A DNA stretch of 55,012 bases from NCBI GenBank assembly GCA_964562805.1, contig CAZLUT010000004.1:1-55012 (forward strand), given 5' to 3'. Both the position numbers and the translations under genes were made by a program. Shown here in pieces: positions 36,631 to 47,007 of this stretch. Numbering within the stretch: the stretch's first letter is position 1; each line of letters begins with the position of its first letter. The notes below the pieces were generated by a model. That model saw only the letters and a program-made list of their open reading frames with translations. It made no database searches and was not told the DNA's origin. This stretch comes from an uncultured bacterium (GTDB lineage Bacteria; Omnitrophota; Omnitrophia; Omnitrophales; CAZLUT01).

Positions 36631-37972
36631 AAAACGGTGTCTTCGTCCTAACGTAAAATTCTGTCCCTTCGTTACTCTTTGCTAGCTGAAAGCTGAGAAT
36701 AACCCGCCGCTCAGTTTTAATTCGAATCCCTGTCCCATAAGAGACCCTCATTCCGCCGATACCAAATTCGTGCAGATCACCAAAAACCTTTCCAATATCG
36801 GTAAAAAAGATCCAATCAGCTCCGATATTGCCGTATTGCCATACGTTATATCGATATTCTGCGTTTAAGACAGCGCTTGATTTATCAAAAAAACGATTAT
36901 ATTTATAACCTCTTAAAGTAGTGCTTCCCCTCGGTTGAGTTCCATAACCGCCGAGCCTCGCCATGTCGAAAAAGGGAATGCTGGAATGATTAACTGTTTT
37001 AGTGTGTTCGCCGGTAAAGTGAAGTGCCAAAATACGTCTTTCAGACCAAAGTTTAAAATATTGGCTCAACTCCAAATGATATTTGAAATAATTATCATTG
37101 TGGCGCATATCTCGATTAAAGTCTAAAGTGAAACGCTGCAAGCCGCCTGATTTAGGGTCGTCGGGAACGTCTCTTGTGTCATGTTCAATAAAAGATTTAA
37201 GGGTAATGATTTGCCCGCCATCAACGCCCGGAAGCTCACCAATTGAAAAATTTTCAAAATTGCCGGCACCTCTAACATCCCCGTTGTTAATCGTTACATG
37301 GCGGTATATAAAGGATGTGCCCACATCTACTGTTTTCAAGGGACGGAAGCCTGCGCTTGCCTCAAGCAGAGTGGTGTTGATTTCGTAGCTATATCCATCA
37401 CCCCGGCTAGTGCGGGGACCCAAGCCATAAAAATTTTCATTTTCCTTGTGGGTAAAATCAAAAATTCCCTTATGGTAAAGCCGCCAGCCTGAGCTTTGAA
37501 AAAGCTCATACGAGGCTCCCACATCGGCATCACCCCTAAAAGTTGCGCCACCCGTTCCATGAAGCCTCAGAAAAGGAAAGCGTTCTTCCAGATTCAACAG
37601 TTTTTCAAACCGAATTGTGCTTCCTGCCCCTATGCCAAAAGCACGAGGGGAAAAGCGGGTTTCGGGGAAAATGCCATTTTCATGAAGCACATCTTCCCAA
37701 AACCATTTAATTTTTCTTTTTAAATAAGTTCTTTCGGCCCAATTTAGAATTTTTTCTGTTCCATATGAAAGGCCCCTAAAAGGGAGAGAAGGTAAATTAA
37801 GAATGCTTCGAATTTGATCCTGTTTTTTAAGCGCCTCAATATCTTGAGATTCCGGATAACGAGGTTCTTTACTATAAGGATCGTAACTGAGCTTCGCTTG
37901 GCCCCCCGAAGGAAACAGAAAACTTGCTGCGATAGGAAGAATTATAAGAAAAAATAATTTAATTCTTTTCAT
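36629..37972 (-). CDS. Omp85/BamA-TamA family outer-membrane beta-barrel with no clear POTRA domains
   Basis: LRGYKYNRF, NAEYR, FTDIGKVF, SYGTGIRI, terminal TPF. Start taken as ATG 37972 (MKRIKLFF). Confidence 0.8.
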   Translation of the reverse strand: MKRIKLFFLIILPIAASFLFPSGGQAKLSYDPYSKEPRYPESQDIEALKKQDQIRSILNLPSLPFRGLSYGTEKILNWAERTYLKRKIKWFWEDVLHENGIFPETRFSPRAFGIGAGSTIRFEKLLNLEERFPFLRLHGTGGATFRGDADVGASYELFQSSGWRLYHKGIFDFTHKENENFYGLGPRTSRGDGYSYEINTTLLEASAGFRPLKTVDVGTSFIYRHVTINNGDVRGAGNFENFSIGELPGVDGGQIITLKSFIEHDTRDVPDDPKSGGLQRFTLDFNRDMRHNDNYFKYHLELSQYFKLWSERRILALHFTGEHTKTVNHSSIPFFDMARLGGYGTQPRGSTTLRGYKYNRFFDKSSAVLNAEYRYNVWQYGNIGADWIFFTDIGKVFGDLHEFGIGGMRVSYGTGIRIKTERRVILSFQLAKSNEGTEFYVRTKTPF

Positions 37973-38109
37973 ATGTGGAGCCGAGTGTAGCATAGCCCAG
38001 TCCGAGGGACAATAGCCGCATAAAGAGTTTTTAATTAAAAATAATTTTTTTGTTTTGTAAAGTCCGTAAATTACCGATAATTACTCATTAAAGAGGAGAT
38101 TTGTAAAAA

Positions 38110-39207
38110 ATGAAGGATTTTTTTGAGCCTAAAAATATTTTGGTAACCGGCGGAGCCGGTTTTATTGGCTCTAATTTTATTCGATTTCTTTTAGCGGCTA
38201 ATAAGGGCGTAAAAGTCGTTAATTTAGATTTATTAACTTATGCAGGTTCTTTGCACAATCTCGAAAATCTTCCCGGCCTCGAGCGTTATGAATTTATTAA
38301 GGGCAACATTTGTGACAAAAAGCTTCTTAGTAAAATATTAAAGAAACATTCAATAGATACGGTCGTCCATTTTGCCGCCGAAAGCCATGTAGACCGCTCG
38401 ATTCTAGGCCCGGCCGATTTTATTGAAACAAATCTGGTAGGCACCTTTACTTTATTGGAAGCCGCCCGTACTTTTTGGTCAGAATCAGATAAATTGGATT
38501 TTAAAACAACCCGATTCCACCACGTTTCAACTGATGAAGTTTATGGCTCTTTAAAACCCGATGATCCAGCTTTTAACGAGGGAACGCCTTATGCCCCTAA
38601 TTCTCCCTACTCGGCTTCTAAGGCGGGCTCGGACCACCTGGTAAGAGCTTATTATCATACTTATGGGCTGCCGATAGTGACAACTAATTGTTCTAATAAT
38701 TATGGCCCTTTTCAATTTCCTGAGAAGCTAATCCCTTTAATAATTTTTAACGCGCTTAATTTAAAAAATCTTCCGGTTTATGGTGATGGGGCTCAGGTTA
38801 GAGACTGGCTTTATGTCGAGGATCATTGCGACGGAATTTACACCGCGCTTCAAAAAGGCAGGTTAGGGGAAACTTATAATATTGGCGGCAATTCTGAAAT
38901 GAAAAATTTAGATGTTGTTAAAATAATTTGCGGCATTTTAGATGAGGTGAAGGCGCGTGGTGACAAAAAATCTTATGGAGACCTGAGTACTTTTGTCGAA
39001 GACCGGCCAGGCCATGATCGCCGATACGCGATGGATATCTCAAAAATAAACGAAGAATTGAAATGGCAGCCGAAAGAAACCTTTGAAACAGGTTTGAAGA
39101 AAACTATAGAATGGTATTTAAATCACGAAAAATGGATTCAAAAAATTATGGCGGGCGGCTATAAGGCCTGGATTCAAAAAAATTACGGTGAAAGGAAGAT
39201 GAAATGA
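38110..39207 (+). CDS. rfbB: dTDP-glucose 4,6-dehydratase
   Basis: [50 protein letters not shown]. Confidence 0.96.
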   Translation: MKDFFEPKNILVTGGAGFIGSNFIRFLLAANKGVKVVNLDLLTYAGSLHNLENLPGLERYEFIKGNICDKKLLSKILKKHSIDTVVHFAAESHVDRSILGPADFIETNLVGTFTLLEAARTFWSESDKLDFKTTRFHHVSTDEVYGSLKPDDPAFNEGTPYAPNSPYSASKAGSDHLVRAYYHTYGLPIVTTNCSNNYGPFQFPEKLIPLIIFNALNLKNLPVYGDGAQVRDWLYVEDHCDGIYTALQKGRLGETYNIGGNSEMKNLDVVKIICGILDEVKARGDKKSYGDLSTFVEDRPGHDRRYAMDISKINEELKWQPKETFETGLKKTIEWYLNHEKWIQKIMAGGYKAWIQKNYGERKMK

Positions 39208-40088
39208 TAAAAAAAGGAATCATTCTGGCCGGCGGAAGCGGCACGCGTCTTTATCCTGTAACGCAGGTGGTAAGCAAACAACTGCTTCCTGTTTATGATA
39301 AGCCCATGATTTATTATCCGTTGTGCAGTTTGATGTGGGCCGGAATTAGGGAAGTTCTTATCATTTCAACCCCTCACGATCTGCCTTTTTTTAAAAAATT
39401 GTTAGGCGACGGAAAACGTTTGGGCATGTCACTTTCCTATGCTGAGCAGCCAAAGCCGGAAGGTCTCGCCCAAGCTTTTATTATCGGAGCAGACTTTATC
39501 GGCGGGTCTTCTGTTGCTCTTATTTTGGGAGATAATATTTTTTATGGAAGCGGACTTGCCAAAATTTTCGAGACTGCCGCAGGCCTTGAAAAAGGCGCTA
39601 AAATTTTTGGCTATTACGTAAAAGATCCTGAACGATATGGTGTGGTTGAATTTGATTCTACAGGAAAAGCTGTCTGCATTCAGGAAAAACCCAAGCATCC
39701 CAAAAGCAATTATGCCGTGCCTGGTATTTATTTCTACGACTCAAATGTAGTTGATTACGCCAAAAGTTTGAAGCCAAGTCACAGAAAAGAGCTTGAAATT
39801 TCTGATCTGAATGAAATCTATTTAAAACGAGGCGAGCTTACAGTCGAAAAACTTGAGCGGGGCATCGCCTGGCTTGATATGGGAACTTATCTAAGCTATA
39901 TGCAGTCGGCGGCTTTCATTGAAGCGATTGAAAATCGCCAAGGTCTTAAGATAGCCTGTCTCGAAGAGATCGCCTGGCGTAAAGGCTGGATTAGCTCCGA
40001 TGAGCTCAAAGAACAAATTAAAGATATGGGTGAGAGCACCTATGCCGAATACCTCAAAAATCTTTTAAAACACCCGAGCATGCAATGA
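39204..40088 (+). CDS. rfbA: Glucose-1-phosphate thymidylyltransferase
   Basis: [41 protein letters not shown]. Confidence 0.96.
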   Translation: MIKKGIILAGGSGTRLYPVTQVVSKQLLPVYDKPMIYYPLCSLMWAGIREVLIISTPHDLPFFKKLLGDGKRLGMSLSYAEQPKPEGLAQAFIIGADFIGGSSVALILGDNIFYGSGLAKIFETAAGLEKGAKIFGYYVKDPERYGVVEFDSTGKAVCIQEKPKHPKSNYAVPGIYFYDSNVVDYAKSLKPSHRKELEISDLNEIYLKRGELTVEKLERGIAWLDMGTYLSYMQSAAFIEAIENRQGLKIACLEEIAWRKGWISSDELKEQIKDMGESTYAEYLKNLLKHPSMQ

Positions 40089-40648
40089 AGCTAATCGATA
40101 CTGACATACCGGGTGTTTACCTTTTAGAACCTAAAGTATTTCGTGATGAGAGAGGATTTTTCTTTGAAAGTTATAATCAGAAAACTTTTTCTAACTTAGG
40201 AATTGATAAGGTTTTTGTTCAGGATAATCATTCTCGTTCATCTAAAAATGTTCTAAGAGGACTTCACTACCAGATAGGAAAACCCCAGGCAAAGTTAGTA
40301 CGTGTTATAAAAGGAGAGGTGTGGGATGTAGCGCTCGATATTCGTCGAGGAAGCCCTACTTTTGGCAAATGGACAGCCGAGACACTCTCCGAAGAAAATC
40401 AAAGAATACTTTATATCCCTGAAGGATTTGCCCACGGGTTTTATGTATTAAGTGATACGGCAGAGTTCGAATATAAATGTTCCGACCTATATTTTCCGGA
40501 AGGGGAGCGTGGGATTGCCTGGGATGATCCGGACCTTGCTATTTCGTGGCCTCTCGAAGGCAAGCAACCTATTCTTTCCGGTAAAGATCTTAAATTTGGG
40601 ACTCTAAAGGCTCGTCCTAAAGAAGATCTTCCAACATATACTTCTTAA
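40085..40648 (+). CDS. rfbC: dTDP-4-dehydrorhamnose 3,5-epimerase
   Basis: [30 protein letters not shown]. Confidence 0.95.
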   Translation: MKLIDTDIPGVYLLEPKVFRDERGFFFESYNQKTFSNLGIDKVFVQDNHSRSSKNVLRGLHYQIGKPQAKLVRVIKGEVWDVALDIRRGSPTFGKWTAETLSEENQRILYIPEGFAHGFYVLSDTAEFEYKCSDLYFPEGERGIAWDDPDLAISWPLEGKQPILSGKDLKFGTLKARPKEDLPTYTS

Positions 40649-40660
40649 TATCCCTTCGTT

Positions 40661-40698
40661 CTTAGATCTCAGATCTCAGATCTCAGATCTCAGATCTT
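40661..40698. repeat. AGATCTY heptamer array, 5 units
   Basis: CTT(AGATCTC)4 AGATCTT. Confidence 0.9.
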
Positions 40699-40880
40699 GG
40701 ATCCAAAACAACATCAAAAGTTGTTGTATATTATATTGTTAGTATAAATTTTCTATTAATAGTATAAATTCCCACTTATTTTTTCTGATTTGCTTTTATT
40801 CCAAAAATAAATCGGGTATTAATGACAAGAACGAGGGGAATCAAAGCCGTTAATCAGTTGCCCTCGAGGAGGTAAGTGAT

Positions 40881-41168
40881 ATGTTTGAGAAATTGTCACT
40901 TAATGAAGCACGGCATGTTCTTTCGGATTTTTTTGAGATCCATACAGATGTTTCTCAGAAAAGCGCCTTAGTTCGTGCGATTCAAATCTTAGATGAAATT
41001 GACTCCGAGGCTAAAGATCAGATTTCTTTAGGAGCGATTCCAGCGATTAGGATAGGAGACAATCTCGTTTCTTTTTTGCCGGAAAACTGTGATCCCGAAA
41101 ATATCTATCTTTTAAGCAAAGAAGCTGAGCGCAGAGGTTATACGAAGAAAATCGCAGTGGGAAAATAG
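40881..41168 (+). CDS. Hypothetical protein (95 aa)
   Basis: SD GAGGAGG; no recognised motif. Confidence 0.65.
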   Translation: MFEKLSLNEARHVLSDFFEIHTDVSQKSALVRAIQILDEIDSEAKDQISLGAIPAIRIGDNLVSFLPENCDPENIYLLSKEAERRGYTKKIAVGK

Positions 41169-41238
41169 TGGTTAGTGGTTAGTGGTTAGTGAATAGTGAC
41201 TAATTGCTAGCCACTATTCACTATTAACTATTAACTAG
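41166..41238. repeat. Mirrored heptamer arrays forming a hairpin between convergent genes
   Basis: (TAGTGGT)3 TAGTGAA TAGTGAC ... CTAGCCA CTATTCA CTATTAA CTATTAA CTAG; perfect arms TAGTGAATAGTG / CACTATTCACTA. Confidence 0.8.
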
Positions 41239-41244
41239 TTGCTG

Positions 41245-42267
41245 TTAAGCGGCGGTCTTGCCTGTAGATTTGAGATCGTCGCAAGCTTGGGCAATGCGTT
41301 TTGCCATTCCGGTTTCAGCCGCCTTCATATAGCTGCGAGGGTCATAAACTTTTTTATTACCCACTTCACCTTCGACTTTTAGGACGCCGTCATAGTTTTT
41401 AAACATATGATCAACAATAGGACGGGTGAAGGCATATTGAGTATCGGTGTCAATATTCATCTTAATTACACCATATTCAATTGTTTCATGAATTTCTTCA
41501 ATGCTTGAACCCGAGCCGCCATGGAAGACGAGATGAAGAGAAGCTTCTTTGCCGAGCTTCTTAACAACCGCGTCTTGCCCCTCTTTTAAAATAGAAGGCT
41601 TAAGCTTTACGTTGCCCGGTTTGTAAACACCATGGACATTGCCGAAAGTAGCGGCAAAAATGAAACGGCTACCCACCTTACCGAGCTCTTCTGCTACGGC
41701 AAGCATGTCTTCCGGGGTTGTGTAAAGTTTCTCATTTGATCCTTCGTGCTTCACACCATCTTCTTCTCCGCCTACAACACCTGCTTCAACTTCGAGGATA
41801 ATTTCATTTTTAGCACAGAGCTTTAAAAGTTCCGTTGATACCTTGAGATTTTCTTTCAAAGACAACGTTCCGCCGTCAAACATGTGAGAAGAAAAAAGGT
41901 TGGATTTTCCTTCGGCGCGTCTGGCCGCGGTTTTGGCGATAAGCGGTTTAACAAAAGTATCAATCTTCTCCGGCTGGCAATGGTCAGTGTGGAGGGCGAA
42001 ATAAACGTTGTATTTATCTGCCATTAGCTGAACAAAATTAGCGATCGCTTCAGCCCCCAAAACCATGTCTTTTACGGCAGTCCCTGAGGCAAACTGAGCG
42101 CCTCCTGTTGAAACCTGAATAATCCCATCACTTTTCTTTTCCGCGAAAGCCTTCATTGCGGCATTAGCAGTTGTCATTGAAGTAACGTTAATTCCAGGGA
42201 AGGCAAATTTTTCTTTTTTAGCCTTATCTAGCATTTTGCAATAAGTTTTATAATCAGCAAATGGCAT
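41245..42267 (-). CDS. fbaA: Class II fructose-bisphosphate aldolase
   Basis: LHTDHC, SSHMFDG, GVVGGEEDG, FGNVHGVYKPG, VFHGGSG, KMNIDTD; ATG 42267 with SD AGAGGAG. Confidence 0.95.
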   Translation of the reverse strand: MPFADYKTYCKMLDKAKKEKFAFPGINVTSMTTANAAMKAFAEKKSDGIIQVSTGGAQFASGTAVKDMVLGAEAIANFVQLMADKYNVYFALHTDHCQPEKIDTFVKPLIAKTAARRAEGKSNLFSSHMFDGGTLSLKENLKVSTELLKLCAKNEIILEVEAGVVGGEEDGVKHEGSNEKLYTTPEDMLAVAEELGKVGSRFIFAATFGNVHGVYKPGNVKLKPSILKEGQDAVVKKLGKEASLHLVFHGGSGSSIEEIHETIEYGVIKMNIDTDTQYAFTRPIVDHMFKNYDGVLKVEGEVGNKKVYDPRSYMKAAETGMAKRIAQACDDLKSTGKTAA

Positions 42268-42363
42268 GATCAATACTCCTCTTATGTGAAATTTTTGGAT
42301 TCAAAAAGCGGATATTACTCATCCAGGAACCAGCTGACAATGGAAAAGTTCTAAAAAAGAGGA

Positions 42364-42396
42364 AATCTCAGATCTCAGATCTCAGATCTTAGATCT
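42364..42396. repeat. AGATCTY heptamer array
   Basis: AATCTC AGATCTC AGATCTC AGATCTT AGATCT, between divergent fbaA and purU. Confidence 0.85.
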
Positions 42397-42443
42397 GGCT
42401 TATTTTTTGATTATTAATTCCCAATACTGTTATAATGAAAAAA

Positions 42444-43307
42444 ATGAAACAAAACACTGTTAAAAACCGTGCTATTCTTTTGCTTTCGTGCCCTGATAAG
42501 AAAGGAATTGTGGCGTTTGTTTCGCAATTTCTCTATAAAAACAAGGGTAATATTATTCACGCCGATCAGCATACCGATATTTCTTCCCGCATGTTTTATT
42601 TTCGTGTTGAGTGGGAGCTTCGTGGGTTCAGCTTGAATCAGGCTCAAACCCGAAAGCAGTTTGATAAAATTGCCCGGAAATATCAAATGACGTGGAAAAT
42701 TTATTATTCTCACCAACCTATTAATATAGCTCTTTTTGTTTCCGGGGAAACTCATTGCTTGCATGATTTATTAAGCCGTTATGATGAAGGGGAGTTGTCC
42801 TGCAAAATCCCATTAATTGTGAGTAATCACAAAAAAGCGGCTGAGATTGCCAGGAAATTTCAAATACAATTCAAATATTTTCCCGCCCCCAAAAACCCCC
42901 AAAGCGAAAAGGAAATATTTAAATTATTGAAAAAATTCAAAATTCATTCAATCGTGCTGGCGCGCTATATGCAAATACTAGGGCCCCGGTATTTAAGATT
43001 TTTTCCTAATCAGATTATTAATATTCACCATTCATTTCTGCCTGCTTTTCAGGGGGCGGCACCTTATGCTCAGGCTTTCGAACGGGGCGTTAAAATTATA
43101 GGGGCAACAAGTCATTACGTTACGGAGAAGCTGGATGAGGGGCCAATTATCGAACAGGATGTTATCAAGATTAATCATCGTGACAGCGTAGAAGACTTAA
43201 AAAGAAAAGGAAGAGATCTTGAAAAAATTGTATTGGCCAGGGCGCTCCGTCTGCATCTGGAAAGAAGGGTTTTGGTCTATCAGAACAAAACTCTCGTTTT
43301 TGACTAA
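42444..43307 (+). CDS. purU: Formyltetrahydrofolate deformylase
   Basis: SCPDKKGIVA, LARYMQIL, INIHHSFLPAF, GVKIIGATSHYV, LDEGPIIEQD. ATG 42435 overlaps the TGtTATAAT box, so 42444 is preferred. Confidence 0.95.
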   Translation: MKQNTVKNRAILLLSCPDKKGIVAFVSQFLYKNKGNIIHADQHTDISSRMFYFRVEWELRGFSLNQAQTRKQFDKIARKYQMTWKIYYSHQPINIALFVSGETHCLHDLLSRYDEGELSCKIPLIVSNHKKAAEIARKFQIQFKYFPAPKNPQSEKEIFKLLKKFKIHSIVLARYMQILGPRYLRFFPNQIINIHHSFLPAFQGAAPYAQAFERGVKIIGATSHYVTEKLDEGPIIEQDVIKINHRDSVEDLKRKGRDLEKIVLARALRLHLERRVLVYQNKTLVFD

Positions 43308-45526
43308 TGAAAATTTATCTTAAACTATTACTCATTTTAGTCATATTCATCACCCTCGCTGCCGGTGTGGGCATTTGGTATTTAGCTCAACTCGATTTCA
43401 ATCGTTACATCCCTAAAATTCAGGAGTTCTTAAAAGATAAATGGGGGCAGGACGTTGTTATTAAAGAAATTAAACTGTCCTTAAAAGACGGCTTGTCTCT
43501 TGAGGGCAAGAATATTACCTGGGAATCTGAGGATCCTTTTCTGGTCTCAGGCAAACTGGATGAATTTTCTCTTAAATTAAAACCATTACCTCTTATTTTG
43601 GGGCGTGTTGAATTTTCAAAGGTTTTCTTTCTTAACCCTACGATTCAAATTATTAAAAAGAACGCAGAAGATGCTTCTCAGGGAGCGTTGCCCAGCGGAG
43701 CTGTAAAAGAGGCCGCCGGAGCTAAGCCTGAAGCGCATCCTGCCAAACTTTTAGAAAGTAATCCACTTACCTTGGTTCCGGCATTTTTTGTGCAGCACGC
43801 CAAACTAAAAACAGCTCAAATCGAAAATGGCAAAATTGATTGGCTGGATGAGAGAGGTAAGGAAGTTAAGCGTATCGTAATCGACGCTATCAATTTAAAA
43901 GCTAAACATATTTCGGCAATTCGACCGTTTGATATCAAAGGCTCTTTTCATATAAACGCAAGACCGGTTGATTTGAAAGGGCGCATTGGCCCTCTGGGCG
44001 TTTTAAGTACGGGTACGGTAATTCGATTTTATGATTTGAATAATCTTTTTTTTAAATTAGAGCTTTCGGCCGAAAACCTTATCTATCCTTTGTTCCAGGA
44101 TTTGTTCCCAGTCCTTAGAAAAGAAACGCTTCCATTAAAAATTGCGGGTTCGGAAGCCTTAAATATAAAAGCGGAAGGCAATTTATCAAACTTTAAAATT
44201 TATTTCTTTCAATCCAGCACTCAGCAGAAAATAGAATTTGCCAACTTTTTAGAAAAGCAAACCGGCGATCCATTGACTCTTATTTTTTCAGGACAGTATC
44301 ATAGCCCTGATTATTTGGTAATGGACCGCGCTCTTCTGGAGCTGGACGCGTTAAGACTGAAAGCAAAAGGATCTTTTTTGCTTGCTGAAAACGTAAGTAG
44401 CGATGCGAACGTTAGAATCGATCAATATTCATTAAAAACGCTTAAAAATTTAATTCCAGCTTTAAACGATTGGAATGTGAACGGTGATTTAAGTTTTAAA
44501 TTATATTCAAAGGCATTTAATTTTTTAAATCAAACCGGCTCCTTTAAAGGGGGACTCAATGTTAAAGAGCTTTCCATCTTTCCCGACCGGTTCGCTCAGC
44601 CAATAAAGACAGATCGGATTAATATCGAAATCAAAAAAAATAAAATTTCTTTAGAAAAATTAATTTTAATGTGGGGCAGCGGGCAAATTCTTCTGGGAGC
44701 AGAACTTTCTAACTATTGGCAAACACCCGTTTTGCAGGCCAAAACCAAAATTAAAAAAATAAATTTGGGCGAGGTCCTAAAAGACCCCGCAGAGGACGAC
44801 CTTTCCTTGGCCGGCATTGTCTCAGGTTCTTTGGAGGTTTATGGTGAACGCCAAAAAGGGAAAGCTTTTTCAGAAGTTTTAAATGGTAATTTTTCTCTTG
44901 ATGCCGAAGACGGCGCTATTCGAAATCTCAATATTGTTGATGAAATTTCACGTCAAACGTTCGATATTCCGGGTATTGGCGCTGCTTTAAGAAAAGCTCT
45001 TGAGAAACGCTTTCCGCGAATAGCAGCTTCCCCTAATACCGATTTTAAAAAAGCAATTTTAAATGGAATTATCATTGATGGCATTGTTAATATCGCGGAA
45101 TTTTTGATCACCTCACCCGAATACGAGGTTCATGGGAAGGGCTTTTATCATTTAAGGCGTCAGCATCTCGACTTTAACGGCCGCTTAGTGTTTTCACCTG
45201 AAGCAACGGATGCCCTAACGCATATGGTTAAAGAGCTCCACTATCTCAAAGACGAGGAAGGAAAGTTAGCTTTTTCTTTTAACGTTACAGCTAAAGGGTA
45301 TAAAACCAAAATCTCCCTGTTTAAAGAATTTGTTCAAGAATTATTAAGCAAAGCTTTGTTATCTAAAGGCATAGAAATTATTTTTGGGAAAAGGGAAGAA
45401 GTGAAGTCTGAAGGCAAAGGCGACAAGCCCAAAGAGGAAGAAAAGAAAGAAGAAAGCCAAGATGCGCAGGATTTGATTGAATATGGTTTAACCAAATTAT
45501 TTAAATTGAATAAAAAAAGTAAATAA
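43307..45526 (+). CDS. AsmA family lipid-transfer-like membrane protein
   Basis: N-terminal TM, LKLKPLPLILGRVEFSKV, repeated beta-strand grooves, AsmA-like C-terminus. Confidence 0.78.
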   Translation: MKIYLKLLLILVIFITLAAGVGIWYLAQLDFNRYIPKIQEFLKDKWGQDVVIKEIKLSLKDGLSLEGKNITWESEDPFLVSGKLDEFSLKLKPLPLILGRVEFSKVFFLNPTIQIIKKNAEDASQGALPSGAVKEAAGAKPEAHPAKLLESNPLTLVPAFFVQHAKLKTAQIENGKIDWLDERGKEVKRIVIDAINLKAKHISAIRPFDIKGSFHINARPVDLKGRIGPLGVLSTGTVIRFYDLNNLFFKLELSAENLIYPLFQDLFPVLRKETLPLKIAGSEALNIKAEGNLSNFKIYFFQSSTQQKIEFANFLEKQTGDPLTLIFSGQYHSPDYLVMDRALLELDALRLKAKGSFLLAENVSSDANVRIDQYSLKTLKNLIPALNDWNVNGDLSFKLYSKAFNFLNQTGSFKGGLNVKELSIFPDRFAQPIKTDRINIEIKKNKISLEKLILMWGSGQILLGAELSNYWQTPVLQAKTKIKKINLGEVLKDPAEDDLSLAGIVSGSLEVYGERQKGKAFSEVLNGNFSLDAEDGAIRNLNIVDEISRQTFDIPGIGAALRKALEKRFPRIAASPNTDFKKAILNGIIIDGIVNIAEFLITSPEYEVHGKGFYHLRRQHLDFNGRLVFSPEATDALTHMVKELHYLKDEEGKLAFSFNVTAKGYKTKISLFKEFVQELLSKALLSKGIEIIFGKREEVKSEGKGDKPKEEEKKEESQDAQDLIEYGLTKLFKLNKKSK

Positions 45527-45531
45527 ATTTT

Positions 45532-45816
45532 ATGCAATATCCGGATGAGGAAAAGCCAATCGAAGCTGAATATGAAATTGTTTCTTCAGGTAAAGAGAGG
45601 GGCCGCGATGAATTTAAGAAAAAGCCTGAATTTCAGTCGAGAAAACCTCTTCAGGCCTGGAAAGCTAAATTGTTGTTTTGGGGTGTTGTCATTGGAAGTA
45701 TTTCTTTGGTTCTTTTGCTGCTCTTTTTCTTTATTAGTCTTTTTATTTATTTTTTTGTTCCTATTATGATTATTTTGGGATGCTGGATTTTACTGAAATT
45801 TTTGGCAGGCAAATGA
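45532..45816 (+). CDS. Small membrane protein
   Basis: Charged N-terminus, long hydrophobic C-terminus; in operon context. Confidence 0.6.
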   Translation: MQYPDEEKPIEAEYEIVSSGKERGRDEFKKKPEFQSRKPLQAWKAKLLFWGVVIGSISLVLLLLFFFISLFIYFFVPIMIILGCWILLKFLAGK

Positions 45817-45817
45817 G

Positions 45818-46252
45818 ATGGCGGTCAAAACTTACACAATTGAAAAGCGAACCAAAGGTATTTGCCACATCATAGACATTACGAGCGACGCTTCAGATTT
45901 TATTAAAAAAAGTAAAATTAAAGAGGGGATAGCTCATTTGTTTGTCGTGGGTTCCACTGCTGGTCTCACAACGGTTGAGTACGAACCGGGCTTAGTCAAG
46001 GATCTTGAGCGTCTTTTTGAAAAAATTGCGCCTCAATCAGCGGATTATTTTCATGAACAGACTTGGCATGATGGAAATGGTTTTTCTCATGTACGCGCTT
46101 CACTTTTAAAACCCTCGCTATCAGTTCCTATCGTGGGGAGCAACTTAACATTGGGCAGGTGGCAACAGGTTATTTTAATTGATTTTGATTCTCGCCCAAG
46201 AAATCGGGAAGTTGTTCTCCAAATAATGGGGGAAGAAAAAAAGAGTCCGTGA
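45818..46252 (+). CDS. yjbQ: YjbQ/UPF0047 family protein
   Basis: GSTAGLTTVEYE, NGFSHVRASL, LGRWQQVILIDFD. Confidence 0.9.
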   Translation: MAVKTYTIEKRTKGICHIIDITSDASDFIKKSKIKEGIAHLFVVGSTAGLTTVEYEPGLVKDLERLFEKIAPQSADYFHEQTWHDGNGFSHVRASLLKPSLSVPIVGSNLTLGRWQQVILIDFDSRPRNREVVLQIMGEEKKSP

Positions 46253-47007
46253 CGTTTTTAAAAGTTAAAAGAAAAGAAGAAGATCTTTACGTTAATACCG
46301 ACTATAAAGTTCTTTACGAAGATGACGCTTTTCTAGCCGTTGAAAAACCTTCACCTCTTCCGGTCCATCCGGTCGGAAGCTTTGTAAGAAAAAATTTACT
46401 TTCTATTTTAGAGGAAAATATATCCTTCGAAGGAGATTCATTAAAGATTGTTAACCGGCTCGATTCCGAGACGAGTGGTGTCATGCTGGTCGCGAAGACA
46501 AGTGAGGCGGCAGGGCGTTTAGCCAGACAATTTGAAAATCGAACTGTAGAGAAAGAATATACCGCGGTTGTTTTTGGTGCGCCGAAGGATAAAAAAGGAA
46601 AAATCGATATTTCTTTAGGGAGCCGGGTTGAAAACACTTATCACTTGAGAACGCCTGACCCCAAAGGGCAGGCAGCCGAGACTCGCTACGAAGTTTTACA
46701 TGAAGCAGATGGCTATTCTTTGCTGAAACTAGCCCCTCTAACGGGAAGAATGCACCAAATTAGAGCACATCTTGCTTTTTTTGGACACCCGATCGTAGGG
46801 GACAAGATTTATATTGATCTGAATATCTTTCATCGTTACGTTTTGGAAGGATGGAAAGAAGACATGGAAGATGCGATGAAGCTTCCGCGCCTCGCTTTGC
46901 ATGCTACAAAGCTAGCGATCCGGCATCCTGAGAGCGCGAAAAAAATGGAATTTATTTCTGATATACCCAAGCTTTTTAACGAGTTTCTTGCAATAAATTT
47001 GTGCTAA
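46249..47007 (+). CDS. RluA family pseudouridine synthase
   Basis: VEKPSPLPVHP, NRLDSETSG, TGRMHQIRAH, GHPIVGD, LALHA. Confidence 0.92.
   Translation: MTFLKVKRKEEDLYVNTDYKVLYEDDAFLAVEKPSPLPVHPVGSFVRKNLLSILEENISFEGDSLKIVNRLDSETSGVMLVAKTSEAAGRLARQFENRTVEKEYTAVVFGAPKDKKGKIDISLGSRVENTYHLRTPDPKGQAAETRYEVLHEADGYSLLKLAPLTGRMHQIRAHLAFFGHPIVGDKIYIDLNIFHRYVLEGWKEDMEDAMKLPRLALHATKLAIRHPESAKKMEFISDIPKLFNEFLAINLC

Noticed and set aside
38058-38080. Possible sigma-28 promoter before rfbB (TAAAG...ACCGATAA)
   Set aside because: The -10 is good, but TAAA lies 11 nt from it instead of 15; the correctly spaced -35 (TTTGTAAA) is a poor match.
38051-38107. TTTGTAAA copies before rfbB matching the operator half-site at 4202-4210
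   Set aside because: Short AT-rich words, not arranged as an inverted pair; expected by chance.
38110-40648. rfbD/rmlD missing from the rfbBAC cluster
   Set aside because: Split rml clusters are common; cannot be judged from one window.
40661-40698. Short repeat arrays as CRISPR
   Set aside because: Units are 7 nt with no unique spacers, and there are no cas genes.
40822-40875. 17-codon ORF MTRTRGIKAVNQLPSRR upstream of the orphan gene
   Set aside because: No SD and no leader-peptide signature; likely chance.
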